Origin: Leucoraja erinacea
Taxonomy: Eukaryota
Assembly (NCBI RefSeq): GCF_028641065.1
Contig: NC_073391.1
Location: 45,818,001 to 45,882,000 of the forward strand
Length of the DNA: 64,000 nt
Reading direction: 5' to 3'
Positions 1 to 12,150 of this stretch are shown one piece after another (the first letter of the stretch is position 1; each line of letters begins with the position of its first letter). The notes beneath the pieces were generated by a model. The model worked only from the letters and a program-made list of their open reading frames with translations. It made no database searches and was not told the DNA's origin. The position numbers and the translations under genes were made by a program.

Positions 1-1099
1 GGAGCGCACGAGGCGACGGTTGGGTTCGCGCGGGAAGCGCGAGCGGTGGCGGTTGGGTTCGCGGGGTCTGGGGGTGAGGAGCGAGAGGGGGAAAGGTGAT
101 GGATGGTTTGAGTGGGAGGGTGATGAAGGAGGGCGGTGGAGGAACGGCAGAGAGGGAAGGGTGGTTGGAGGGGACGATGCTGCGTGCGGGAAGATGTTGG
201 GGGTGTTGTGAGGGGAAGGGTGGATGGCAACGTGAGGGGAGGGGTGGAGGGCTGAGGAAGTGGCTGGGAAATTGGGAGGTTGTGAGAGGATGTGGTTGTG
301 AAGGGAGGGGTGGATGATAGCGTGAAGGGAGGGTGGTGGGACTGTGAGGAGAGGAGAGGGGGGGGGGGAGGATTTGGGAGGTGTGAGCAAAAATACTAGA
401 GGAATACTCTGCTCTATAATCTTTGGTTGTGAGGGGAGAGGTGAGCGGACATGGTTGTGAGGATTGGGGATAATGGGAGGAGACTGTTGGAGGGACTGTT
501 GAATGCAGCGAAAAACAGGTGTGGGCCCAACAGGATAAACAGTGCGAATTGTGAAGAAAATGGACAGAAAAGTTTCTAACTGCGTACCCCATCTATATAA
601 CAGTTGCAAATGGCCAAGCTGCAGCAAGGAAGGTAAGGATGAAACGTTCCGATCCGAAACATCGCTTTATTCATTTTCTCCAGAGATGATGCCGCACTCG
701 CTGAGGTATTCCAGCATTTTTGTGTCTGTCTTCAGTATGAACATTGAATTCACCGATGTAAGGTCACAACACCCATTTCTCCCGCACCCCTCTCTGACCT
801 GTGGCCAACGTTCCTTCCCTCTGGCTTCACAATTGGCACCATTTGTTTTAATCTCTGGCCTTTATTCGAACCAACATCCCCCTCCCCCCGGTGCTCACCT
901 TCCAAGCTTTGTCCTTTTCCTCCTCTCTACCAGCCCCCGCCCCACCTACAATCAGTGGGCAGAATTGACCCAACTAGAAATCCACGGTGCCTGAGAATAC
1001 GCCTGACCAGCTGAGTTACACGAGCACTTTGTGTCTTTCTTTGGGATAACACTTTAATGTGAAGAATAAAAGTGCCCTTTACAGAGTACTAAGAAGTTT

Positions 1100-2185
1100 G
1101 TGATAAAAAATAGGCCAAAGTCAGCATGGTTTTGTGAAGGGGAGATCTTTGCCTGACGAATCTGCAAGAATTCTATGAGGATGGTAAATAGCAGGACAGA
1201 CAAAGGAGAGTCGGTGGATGTTGTTTACCGAGATTTTCAGAAAGCCTTTGATAAGGTGCCACACGTGAGGCTGCTAAGGAAGATGAAGCCATGGTATCAA
1301 AGGGCAGATACTAGCATGGTTGGCTGGATGGCAGAAGGCAAAGACTGGCAATAAAGGGGGCTTTTTCTGGTTGGCTGCCAGTGACTAGAAAAGTTCCGCA
1401 GGGGTCGGTGCTGGGGCCGCTTCTCATCACGTTGTATATTGATGATTTGGATGAGGGGATTGAAGACTTTGTGGCCAAGCTAGGTGGAGGGGCAGCTGGT
1501 GTAGAGGAAGCAGGAACTCCGCAGGACTTGGACAGGCTGGAAGAGTGGGCAGATAAAAAGTGGCAGATAGAATATAGTGCACAAAGTGTGGAGTCATGCA
1601 TTTTGGTAGTAGGAATAAAGGCGTAGATTATTTTCTAAATGAGTAATCGGTCGTAAAGAAGGCAAATATATGCCAGCATTTGTTTCAAGAGGGCTGGAAT
1701 ATGAAAACAGGGATGTATAAGGGAGGCTCTTGAATTCTCTGGCCAGGCTGCATTTGGTGAGGAATTTTGGGCAGCCTCAGAAGTCTGAAGAGGGGTCTCG
1801 ACCCGAAACGTTGCCTATTTCCTTCGCTCCATAGATGCTGCTTCACCCGCTGAGTTTCTCCAGCATTTTTGTCTACCTTTGATTTTCCACCATCTGCAGT
1901 TCCTTCTTAAACAACAGAATGAAAGGACATTCCTTTAGGATGGAGATGAGGAGGAATTTCTTTAGTCAGAGGATGATGAATCTGAAATTCTTTGCTACAA
2001 AAGGCTGTGGTGGCCAAGGCATTTGATATTTTTTACAGTAGAAATGGATTCTTGATTAGTATGGGTGTCAGTGGTTATGGTGAGAAGGAGGTTAGGAGGG
2101 TGAGATAGATCAGTCATGATCGAAATGTGGAGTAGACTTGATGGGCCGAATGGCCTAATTCTGCTCCCATCACATGACCTTATGA
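1100..2185 (+). mobile_element. Decayed CR1 LINE fragments
   Basis: VPQGSVLGPLL..YIDDLDEG translation and a CR1 3' end near 2100-2185. Confidence 0.8.
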
Positions 2186-2883
2186 CTCTCTCTGACCTAT
2201 GGCCCACCTGATTCACACCAGTTTCTCACATGTCCCTCCACCCACATTCCTTCCTCTGGCTTCACAATTGGCACCTTCTGTTTAAATCTCTTGACCTTTG
2301 TTCGAACCATCTGCCGCTCCCGTGTTCACTGATTGCCTTCCAAGCTTTGCTCTGCCCCTCCTCTCTCCCAGCTCTCTCCTCTTCCCCCCCCCCCCCCCCC
2401 CCCAATCGGTGTGCAGAATGGACCCGACCCAAAATGTCACCCATCCATGCTCTCCTGAGATACGCCTGTCCAGCTGAGTTACTCCAGCACTTTGTGTCCT
2501 TCTTTGGGATAATATAGCAGTGTGAGTGGGCGATTGATGTTCGGCGTGGAATCGGTGGGGAAAGGGACTGTTTCCATGCAGTGTCTTTCAATCGTTGAGC
2601 CGAATTGCAGGCACGTGTATAATGGGAAGTTGTGTAAACCGTGGCAAAGGAAATACAAAAATATTGCACCAGATTGATGGGAGGATATATACTGGAAGGG
2701 GCCAAATGGCCTCCCTGTGTACATTTCACGCACAGACACATTTTCGACAGAATACATTTATTAGTCACAAAGCTAGAATATTAAACTCCAGCCTTGTTAT
2801 TAACAGCCCAGTAATAGAATTAGAAACAACAGCAGAACAAACTCAGCAATGAACACCAGCAGCAACTGCAGAGTACAACTGCA

Positions 2884-3172
2884 GTCACGGTGGCGCAGCG
2901 GTTGCGTTGCTGCCTTACAGTGAATGCAGCGCCGGAGACCCGGGTTCGATCCCGATTACGGGTGCTGTCTGTACGGAGTTTGTACGTTCTCCCCGTGACC
3001 GGCATGGGTTTTTCCCCACATTCCAGACATATAAGTTTGTAGTGTAATCGGCTTGGTAAATGTAAAAATTATCCCTTGTGGGTGTAGGATAGTGTTAATG
3101 TGCGAGGATCACTGGTTGGCGAAGACCCGGTGGGCCGAAGGGCCTATTTCTGTGCTGTATCTCTAAACTAGA
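2884..3172 (+). mobile_element. tRNA-derived V-SINE (HE1-like)
   Basis: A box TGGCGCAGCGG, B box GGTTCGATCC, V-domain GGAGTTTGTACGTTCTCCCCGTG and tail GGGCCGAAGGGCCT..TCTCTAAACTA. Absent from the duplicate locus near 5405. Confidence 0.85.
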
Positions 3173-3256
3173 CCAGCAGTTACTTGTGGGCTTGCAACGG
3201 GATTCAACGACTGTGATGGTTAAACACAAAACCAAAAACTTATTAAAATTTTCCCC

Positions 3257-4306
3257 TCAGTGTGAATGTGAAATGGGAGAGGCAAATGGTTTCTCCACGG
3301 TATGAAGTCGCTGATGGGTCATCAGGTGGGAAAATCGTGTGAATCCTTTCCCACACCCAGTGCAGATGAACGGCCTCTCCCCAGTGTGAACTCTCTGGTG
3401 TCTGAGTAACGTAGATGAATGAATGAATCCCTTCCCACACTCGGAACAGGTGAACGACCTTTCCCCGGTGTGAATTTGCTGGTGTTTTATCAAGATGGTC
3501 GACCGAGTGAATCCCTTCCCACACTCAGAGCAGGTAAATGGCCTCTCCCCAGTGTGAACTAGCTGGTGGGTTTTCATGCTGGAGAACTTGGTAAATCCCT
3601 TCCCACAGGTAGAGCAGGTGAACGGCCTCTCCCCAGTATGAACTCGCTGGTGTGTCAGTAGGTCAGATGATCCAATGAATCCCTTCCCACACACAGAGCA
3701 GGTGAACGGCCTCTCCCCAGTGTGAACCCGCTGGTGTATCAGTAGCTCCGAAGATTGAATGAATCCCTTCCCACATTCAGAACAGGTGAACGGCCTCTCC
3801 CCAGTGTGAATTTGGTGGTGCCTCTTCAAATGGCATGCTTGAGTGAATCCCTTCCCACACTCGGGACAGGTAAATGGTTTCTCCTTTGTGTGAACTCGTT
3901 GGTGGGTCACCAGTTGGGAGGTATCAGTGAACCCCTGCCCACACACGGAGCAGGTGAACGGCCTCTCCCCAGTGTGAACTCGCTGGTGCCTCAGTAGCTC
4001 AGATGATCCAATGAATCCCTTCCCACACCCAGAACAGATGAACGGCCTTCCCCCGGTGTGAATTCGCTGATGTCTTTTCATGTGGATTAACTGAGCAAAT
4101 TGCTTCCCACACTCAGAACAGGTGAACGGCCTCTCCCCGGTGTGAGTTTGTCGGTGTCGATTCAGGTTGTACGTTTGAGTGAATCCCTTCCCACAATCGG
4201 GACAGACAAATGGTTTCTCCACAGGATGAACCTGCTGGTGGGGCATCAGGTGGGAAGGTTCAGTGAATCCCTGCCCATACACAGAGCTGGGGAATAATTT
4301 CTCCAT
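3257..4306 (-). CDS. C2H2 zinc-finger-only protein (ZNF-1), 11 fingers; duplicated exon with no promoter of its own
   Basis: ORF 3257..4324 has CxxC-x12-HxxxH repeats with HTGERPF linkers. First true ATG is at 4306 (agcATGg, MEKLF). Acceptor TTTTTACAG ends at 4392 and AATAAA is at 2757-2762 (minus). Confidence 0.85.
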   Translation of the reverse strand: MEKLFPSSVYGQGFTEPSHLMPHQQVHPVEKPFVCPDCGKGFTQTYNLNRHRQTHTGERPFTCSECGKQFAQLIHMKRHQRIHTGGRPFICSGCGKGFIGSSELLRHQRVHTGERPFTCSVCGQGFTDTSQLVTHQRVHTKEKPFTCPECGKGFTQACHLKRHHQIHTGERPFTCSECGKGFIQSSELLIHQRVHTGERPFTCSVCGKGFIGSSDLLTHQRVHTGERPFTCSTCGKGFTKFSSMKTHQLVHTGERPFTCSECGKGFTRSTILIKHQQIHTGERSFTCSECGKGFIHSSTLLRHQRVHTGERPFICTGCGKGFTRFSHLMTHQRLHTVEKPFASPISHSH

Positions 4307-5492
4307 GCTGTGAATGCCTCTCACACATTCAGGTGCTGGTGAACTGAATGAGTTTCAGATTCCCGGACACAAATCCTCTGCTTGTGCTACCCTGTAAAAA
4401 GAGATTACAACAAACATTAATAGGTAATGGTCAGTGTTTCACACAAAGTAATTTTAGTCTCTAATGGTGAGCACCGACATCACACAGAGACAGTGAGGCT
4501 GAAACTAAGCAGGGGGATCAAACCCTCATCTTTTCTCTGAGTTCCACATCAGAATTTGCTGACTTTCTTTCCGTCTGCAATGGAATGGGTCATTTCTGCC
4601 AATCACCTGCCTAATATTTGGCCCAGGTTTTCACTCCATCAATGACGGCAGCCTCGCCTTTTGGACAAGCCCCACATCACCACTATGAGCAACGCGACAT
4701 TTCCGTGGCTGGTGCAAGAGTTAAGTCAAGAGTGAGTCATTTGTCATTGTGACACATTTGTCATATGTCCCAAAACAGAACAATGAAATCCTTACTTGAA
4801 GTAGCACAACAGATAGTGTTTGGTAAACTGTTAGGATTGAAGGCAGATAAATCCGCAGGTCCTGCTGGTCTGCATCCCAGAGTACTCAAGGAGGTGGCCC
4901 AAGAAATTGTGGCTGCATTGGTGATCATTTTCCAATGTTCTCTCGACTCTGGATCAGTTCCTGTGGACTGGAGGGTAGCCAATGTAACTCCACTTTTTAA
5001 AGAAAGGAGGGAGAGCACTTTGTATCCTTCTTTGGGATAATATAACAATTGGCGATTGATGTTAGACGTGAAATCGGTGGGGAAAGGGACTGTTTCCATG
5101 CAGTATCTTTCAATCGTTAAGACGAGTAACGCATATGTATAATGGGAAGCTGTGTAAACCGAGGCAAAGGAAATACAAAAATATTGCAACTGATTGATGG
5201 GAGGATATATACTGGGAGGGGCCAAATGACCTCCCTGTGTACATTTCACACACAGACACATTTTCAGCAGAATACATTTATTAGTCACAAAGCTAGAATA
5301 TTAAACTCCAGCCTTGTTTTTAACAGCCAGTAATAGAATTAGAAACAACAGCAGAACAAACTTTGTCTTGGGTGTGATGAACATTAGCAGTAACCGCAGA
5401 GTCCAACACCAGTAGTCACTTGTGGGCTTGCAACTGGATTCAACGACAGTGATGGTTAAACATCGAACCAAAAACTTATTAGAATTTTCCCC

Positions 5493-7298
5493 TCAGTGTG
5501 GATGTGAACTGGGAGAGGCAAATGGTTTCTCCAAGGTGTGAACTCGCTGATGGGTCATCAGGTGGGAAAATCGTGTGAATCCTTTCCCACACCCAGTGCA
5601 GATAAACGGCCTCTCCCCAGTGTGAACTCTCTGGTGTCTGAGTAATGTAGATGAATGAATGAATCCCTTCCCACACTCGGAACAGGTGAACGACTTTTCC
5701 CCGGTGTGAATTAGCTGGTGTTTTATCAAGATGCTCGATCGAGTGAATCCCTTCCCACACTCAGAGCAGGTAAATGGCCTCTCCCCAGTGTGAACTAGCT
5801 GGTGGGTTTTCATGCTGGAGAACTTGGTAAATCCCTTCCCACAGGTAGAGCAGGTGAACGGCCTCTCCCCAGTGTGAACTCGCTGGTGTGTCAGTAGGTC
5901 AAATGATCCAATGAATCCCTTCCCACACACAGAGCAGGTGAACGGCCTCTCCCCCGTGTGAACCCGCAGATGTACCAGTAGCTCTGAAGATTGAATGAAT
6001 CCCTTCCCACACTCAGAACAGGTGAACGGCCTCTCCCCAGTGTGAATTAGCTGGTGCCTCTTCAGATGGCATGCTTGAGTGAATCCCTTCCCACACTCAG
6101 AACAGGTGAACGACCTTTCCCCGGTGTGAATTAGCTGGTGTTTCATCAAGATGGTCGACCGAGTGAATCCTTTCCCACACTCAGAGCAGGTAAATGGCCT
6201 CTCCCCAGTGTGAACTCGCTGGTGGGTTTTCATGTTGGAGACCTTGGTAAATCCCTTCCCACAAGTAGAGCAGGTGAACGGCCTCTCCCCAGAGTGAACT
6301 CGCTGGTGTGTCAGTAGGTCAGATGATCCAATGAACCCCTTCCCACACACAAAGCAGGTGAACGGCCTCTCCCCTGTGTGAACCCGCTGGTGTGTCAATA
6401 GCTCCGAAGATTGAACAAATCCCTTCCCACACTCAGAACAGGTGAACGGCCTCTCCCCAGTGTGAATTTGCTGGTGCTTCTTCAGATGCCGTGCTTGAGT
6501 GAATCCCTTCCCACACTCGGGACAGGTGAACGACCTTTCCCCGGTGTGAATTTGCTGGTGTTTCATCAAGGTGGATGACCGGGTGAATCCCTTCCCACAC
6601 TCAGAGCAGGTAAATGGCCTCTCCCCAGTGTGAACTCGCTCGTGGGTTTTCATCCTGGAGAACTTGGTAAATCCCTTTCCACAGGTAGAGCAGATGAACG
6701 GCCTTTCCTGAGTGTGAAGTCGCTGGTGTGTCAGTAGGTCAGATGATTGAATGAATCCCTTCCCACACTCAGAACAGGTGAACGGCCTCTCCCCAGTATG
6801 AATTTGCTGGTGCATCAGCAGCTCTGAAGATTGAATGAATCCCTTCCCACACTCAGAACAGGTGAACGGCCTCTCCCCTGTATGAATCTGCTGGTGCCTC
6901 TTCAGATAGCGTGTTTGCGTGAATCCCTTCCCACAATCAAGACAGGCAAATGGTTTCTCCTTAGTGTGAACTCGTTGGTGGGCCACCAGTTGGGAGGTAT
7001 CAGTGAACCCCCGCCCACACAGAGAGCAGATGAATGGCCTCTCTCCAGTGTGAACTCGCTGGTGCCTAAGTAGCTCAGATGATCCAATGAATCCCTTCCC
7101 ACACTCAGAACAGGTGAACGGCCTCTCACCGGTGTGAGTTTGTCGGTGTCGTTTCAGGTTGTAGGTTTGAGTGAATCCCTTCCCACAATCGGGACAGACA
7201 AATAGTTTCTCCACAGGATGAACCTGCTGGTGGGGCACCAGGTGGGAAGGTTCAGTGAATCCCTGCCCACACACAGAGCTGGGGAATAATTTCTCCAT
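5493..7298 (-). CDS. C2H2 zinc-finger-only protein (ZNF-2), 20 fingers
   Basis: ORF 5493..7316 with ATG at 7298 (MEKLF). Acceptor at 7384-7385, poly(A) signal at 5277-5282, and exon-1 module with donor at 10339-10340. Confidence 0.9.
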   Translation of the reverse strand: MEKLFPSSVCGQGFTEPSHLVPHQQVHPVEKLFVCPDCGKGFTQTYNLKRHRQTHTGERPFTCSECGKGFIGSSELLRHQRVHTGERPFICSLCGRGFTDTSQLVAHQRVHTKEKPFACLDCGKGFTQTRYLKRHQQIHTGERPFTCSECGKGFIQSSELLMHQQIHTGERPFTCSECGKGFIQSSDLLTHQRLHTQERPFICSTCGKGFTKFSRMKTHERVHTGERPFTCSECGKGFTRSSTLMKHQQIHTGERSFTCPECGKGFTQARHLKKHQQIHTGERPFTCSECGKGFVQSSELLTHQRVHTGERPFTCFVCGKGFIGSSDLLTHQRVHSGERPFTCSTCGKGFTKVSNMKTHQRVHTGERPFTCSECGKGFTRSTILMKHQLIHTGERSFTCSECGKGFTQACHLKRHQLIHTGERPFTCSECGKGFIQSSELLVHLRVHTGERPFTCSVCGKGFIGSFDLLTHQRVHTGERPFTCSTCGKGFTKFSSMKTHQLVHTGERPFTCSECGKGFTRSSILIKHQLIHTGEKSFTCSECGKGFIHSSTLLRHQRVHTGERPFICTGCGKGFTRFSHLMTHQRVHTLEKPFASPSSHPH

Positions 7299-7802
7299 GC
7301 TGTGAATGCCTCTCACACATTCAGGTGCTGGTGAACTGAATGCGTTTCAGATTCCCGGACACAAATCCTCTGCTTGTGCTACCCTGTAAAAAGAGATTAC
7401 AACAAACACTAATATGTAATGGTCAGTGTTTCAGACAAAGTAACTTTAGTCTCTAATGGTTTGCACTGACATCACACAGAGAGCAAGACTGAAACTAAGC
7501 AGGGGGATCAAACCCACATCTTTTCTCTGAGTTCCACATCAGAATTTGCTGACTTTCTTTCCGTCTGCAAAAGAGTGGGTAATTTCTGCCAATCACCTGC
7601 CTAATATTTGGCCCAGATTTTCACTCCATCAATGACGGCAGCCTCACCTTTTGGGCAAACCCCACATCACCACTATGAGCAACGCGACATTTCTGTGGCT
7701 GGTGCAAGAGTTAAGTCAAGAGTGAGTCATTTGTCATTGTGACACATTTGTCATATGTCCCAAAAACAGAACAATGAAATCATTACTTGAAGTAGCACAA
7801 CA

Positions 7803-8282
7803 GATAGTGTTTGGTAAACTGTTGGGGACTGAAGGCAGATAAATCCGTAGGTCCTGCTGGTCTGCATCCCAGAATACTTAAGGAGGTGGCCCTAGAAATT
7901 GTGGATGCATTGATGAATATTTTCCAATGTTCTATGGACACTGGATCAGTTCCTGTGGGCTGGAAGGTAGCTAACGTAACCCCACTTTTTAAGAAAGGAA
8001 GGTGAGAGGAAACAAAGTTAGCCTGACATCGGTAGTGGGGAAGATGCTTGAGTCAGTTATTAAAGATGTAATAGCATCGCATTTGGAAAGCAGTGACAGG
8101 TTCGGTCAAAGTCAGCATGATTGTATGACGGAGAAATCATGCTTGACTAATCTGGAATTTTTTGAGGATGTAACAAGTAGAATGGATATGGGAGAGCGAG
8201 TGGAAGTGGTGTATCTGGACTTTCAAAAATCCCATACAGGAGATTAGTGTGTAAAATTAGAATACATGGTATTGGGGGTAGA
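7803..8282 (+). mobile_element. CR1 fragment (partial duplicate at 4812-5012)
   Basis: LKADKS.GP.GLHPR.LKEVA and KSCLTNLEFFE translations. Confidence 0.82.
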
Positions 8283-8875
8283 GTGAACTGTATCCACAAA
8301 CCGTGAGTGAGTGAACTATGAGTCCAGCAGCCGTGCGTGAGTGAACTGTGTGTCCAGCAGCCGTGACTGAGTGAACTGAGTCCACAAGCCGTGATTGAGT
8401 GAACTGTGTCCACAAGCCGTGAGTGAGAGAACTGAGTTCACAAGCCGTGACTTAGTGAACTGTGAGTCCACAAGCCGTGACTGAGTGAACTGTGAGTCCA
8501 CAAGCCGTGAGAGTGAATCGCGAGTCCCCAAGCCGTGAGTGAGTGAACCGCGAGTCCACAAGCCGTGAGTGAACCACGAGTCCACAAGCCACGAGTGAAC
8601 AGCGACTCCACAAGCCGTGAGTGAGTGAACCGTGAGTCCATAAGCCATGACTGAGTGAACCGTGAGTCCACAAGCCGTGACTGAGTGAACCGTCTGTCCA
8701 CGAGCCGTGACTGAGTGAACTGAATCCACAAGTCGTGAGTGAGTGAACTGTGAGTCCAGAAGCCATGAGTGAGTGAACTGTGAGTCCAGAAGCCGTGAGT
8801 GAGTGAACTGCGAGTCCAGAACCCGTTAGTGAGTGAACTGTGAGACTAGAAGCTGTGAGTCAGTGGACTGAGTCC
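8282..8875. repeat. Minisatellite, ~27-bp unit with 23-25-bp variants
   Basis: About 22 copies of GTGAGTGAACTGTGAGTCCACAAGCCG, starting at the end of a CR1 fragment. Confidence 0.95.
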
Positions 8876-9394
8876 AGAAGCCACCTGGTGCGCGGAGGCG
8901 GCCCGGAGCGCGGAGCCTGCCCGATTGCTGCAAACTCAAGAACCTGGGAAGTGAGAGTGGGGGGATTGAGGGGGCCGGGTGCTGGCGGGGCTCACCACCC
9001 CCATCCCCCTCCCCTCGGTGGCAGGCCACAGCAGCGGTAGGCCATGGCAGCGCTCCCCCACCGGCCCCTGCCTGAAGCCGTCCCCCTCTCCCGGCTACAG
9101 AAAGCTTCCGCCAGTCCCCACCTGAAGCCTCCCCGTCCCCAGCTGCAGGAGTAGCCCAATAATCCATATGGCCCACAATATGTCCATAATAGCCCTCTGG
9201 AAACCAGTCCCTTCGGCCCACAACACCCATATTAGCCCTGCAGAAAGTCCCCACCTCCCTCCACTGGCCACCGCCTGAAGCCGTCCTCCCCCGGCTGCAG
9301 GACGCTTCCCCCTCTCCCACTGGCCCCCGACAGCCCCGCCTGATGCCGTGCCCCTCCCCAGGCTGCAGGACGCAACAAGAAAGAATGGACTCAA

Positions 9395-9814
9395 TAAATC
9401 TCTTCTTTAACGTTTAAATTGTTATATTTTAAGAATTATTCACGTTTTACGCTTTAATGAATCCCTTTTCCACTTGCCATGCCCTTCAGCTGCACCTGCG
9501 CAGTAATACCTGCGTGTTCTACATCACAATGGGAACCCAACGGGAGGGAATGGCGGCGCCGCCGGAGAGCCGCTAAGAGTGGTTTGGAGGGGGGGGTGGA
9601 GTGAGTGCGAGGGGGAGCGGAAGGCCAAGGTGCGGAGTGGGGGTTGAGGGGAGGGATCAGGGGCGTCACAACAGGAACCAGTCAGCCGTGTCTGTGCACT
9701 TGGGGGCTATGCGACAGTGGTGGAATATTGGGATTGGTGGAGAGGTGGAATATTGCGTTGGGGGACCAGGCCTTCTGTGTGAGAATGGAACCCAACGGGT
9801 CCCAATTCGTCTAG
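9395..9814 (+). mobile_element. Possible non-autonomous Helitron 3' end
   Basis: Hairpin GGAACCC-AAC-GGGTCCC followed 9 nt later by CTAG|T (9811-9815). The 5' end was not located. Confidence 0.4.
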
Positions 9815-10063
9815 TAGCTCAATATATATATGCGTATACAAAATAGACATACAAGTAAATAGTCAATGGTAGTGCAAAGGCAAAAATAATGGGCCGACGT
9901 TCTGAGCTTATTTGGAGATTGTCGCGTTTAAGAACCAGATGCTTGTGGAGAAACTACTCCTGAACCTGGACGTTACCGTTTTCAAACTCTCTGGTAGACG
10001 GGGAATCTAAGCTTGCGCTTCCAGTGATTCTCTGCCTATCGGCAGTAAATCGCCGGCGAGGTA

Positions 10064-10440
10064 TCCATGGCCGAATCTTTACCCACAACCCCACCGCGAG
10101 CCAGAAACCGGTCTATCCGTCAACGTGCTATCTTTGCGCACGCGCAGCCATGTCCGGCCGCCGTCAGCACCGTCACTGACGGGCGGGAAACTCCCTGGGG
10201 CCTGGGTGCGGAGGGAGAGGGGGAAGGACCGGCACCGTCCCCAGATGGGCGACCGTGTACCCGAGGATCGCACTGATTCTCCCCGCAGCTAGGGACCGCT
10301 CCTCAGGCAGGGACTCGGTGCTGACTGACCCTGCTCCTACCTGCCGCCGATCCTCCGGATCTTTGCTCCGGACTCTTTTGTCCACTGACCGCATGCGCGC
10401 CTTGGCCACACCACTTCCGGCTATCTGCGCATGCGCGAGA
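10064..10440 (-). promoter_or_regulatory. ZNF promoter/exon-1 module (serves ZNF-2 and possibly ZNF-1)
   Basis: Minus strand has CCGGAAGT (ETS), GCGCATGCG (NRF1-like, two copies), exon-1 sequence GGACAAAAGA..CCGGAGGATCGGCGGCAG and donor GTAGGA at 10340. Confidence 0.75.
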
Positions 10441-11329
10441 GAGAGGGGGCAGATCCGAATGAGAGACTGGACCGGCTGGGAGAAGGGGGGGTGGTGAAAG
10501 ACGTGCGTGTTTGTGTATTGCTCACAGATGTGTTTCGTTTAATATTCCGCGAGGAGCGCCAGGGTTTGCACGTTGGTTGGTTGTTTCCCCCCCCCTCCAG
10601 CCTGGGTGGAAGGATTGTCCTGCCGCTGGGGAGTTCCTGCAGAAACTGTCCAGGACATGCAGTGAAGCCGCCATAGCGAGTTCCTCTCTCCTCATCCATC
10701 TCCACATCTCTCCTCATCCATCTCCACATCTCTCTTCCCGCCGCATCGCCTTTACCTGCGGACAGGTAACGGGGAACGGGTTCCTCGGGAGTTAAGTTCA
10801 GCTGGAGTTAGCGCTTCTTCTCCGCGCTGGCTGTAGGCCTGAGGCCGCCATTGCTCCGGGTCGGTGCCCCGTCAGTCCAGGGTCACCCCGAACATCTCCA
10901 GCCGCCCCCGGGCAGGGATGGGACACTCGGGAGGCGATGGGGCCGGTAGTAAGACTACGCTCACAAATCTGTAGGAGATGGGTGCGTGATTCGCCCCTGT
11001 ATACTAATCTTGTATAACCCGGGAGGGCAGCCTTAGTGAGGTGGAACCCATACACCCAGGCTAAGGGGGTCGGGACCGTGATTCATTAGACTGTCACTGG
11101 TGAGATATCTGCATGGACCAGTGGAGAAGGGAGAACTAGTGTCGCTAACTCCAGTAGCGATTCAACAGCACTGGAGACCCAGTTCGATCCTGACTACGAA
11201 TGAAACGCAGGTCTGTATACGCAGCAGCTCAGCTGCCGAGAATGTTTATCTCCGGTGACCTATGACCAGGGCATGCGCAGTCAGAATACCAAACTCGCTT
11301 ATTAAACGCTGAAAGCTCACACAAACAAA

Positions 11330-12150
11330 ATAGACGATTATTTGTGAACAACTTTACACCTACATGTTCCGGAATATTTTTCGATCAGACTCGGGAACCA
11401 AAGACCCTTTTCATACGCCGCACCAGCGCTATCACATCCTCCTAACTATCTTATCATTGATCTCAGACGTAAGGCACAACTCAAGACTCATCTCATCTCA
11501 GGCGAACCCATATCCACCACTGACTCATTCAAATTTCTTGGCACTCATATAAGCAATAACCTCAAATGGAAAATCAATTCAGATCACATTTATAAAAAAG
11601 CCAACCAAAGACTTTTCTTTCTCTGCCAGCTCAAGAAGTTCAGAGTGAGGAAACATCTCCTAATCCGATTTTACAGAGCCATCATCCAAAGCATGCTCAC
11701 TTCATTAATAACAGTCTGGTACAGCAGTTTAGACACTCACTCCCGTAATAAACTACAGCGCATTGTCAACAAAGCATCCAAAATCATCAGCACTCCCCTC
11801 CCATCAATAGAATCACTCAATCTCAAACGGTCCGTGTCAAGGGTGAAGAAAATCATTTCTGATCCCTCCCACCCAGCTCACCACATCTTCCACCTGCTGC
11901 CGTCAGGAAGGCGCTACAGCTCACTGCCCGCCAAAACATCACGATTTAAAAACAGTTTCTATCCACATGCAATTCGAATTCTGAACACTCTATGACAACA
12001 TCACATAGCCACCTCGTGTATGTACTGTATACTGTATGTTGTTGTGTTTTTATGTTATGTTTGACGGGAATCAGCCTATTGTATAACATCCTGTACTGAA
12101 CCTGAATTCCACCAGCTTGACTGTGTAGTCATTAAATAATCTAATGTAAT
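11330..12150 (+). mobile_element. Rex1/L2-type LINE 3' fragment
   Basis: ORF 11645..11995 contains FYRAIIQS.LT..ITVWY and HPAH..F.LLPSGRRY. Confidence 0.8.

Noticed and set aside
1-540. G-rich ORFs and a CpG-rich start of the window
   Set aside because: This is low-complexity GA-rich sequence. It may flank a first exon outside the window, but that cannot be supported here.
2884-2965. tRNA-like A and B boxes
   Set aside because: They are the head of a V-SINE and continue into the V domain and LINE-derived tail, so this is not a tRNA gene.
8282-8875. Array that superficially resembles a CRISPR locus
   Set aside because: There are no unique spacers and no cas genes, and the context is eukaryotic. 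It is a plain minisatellite.
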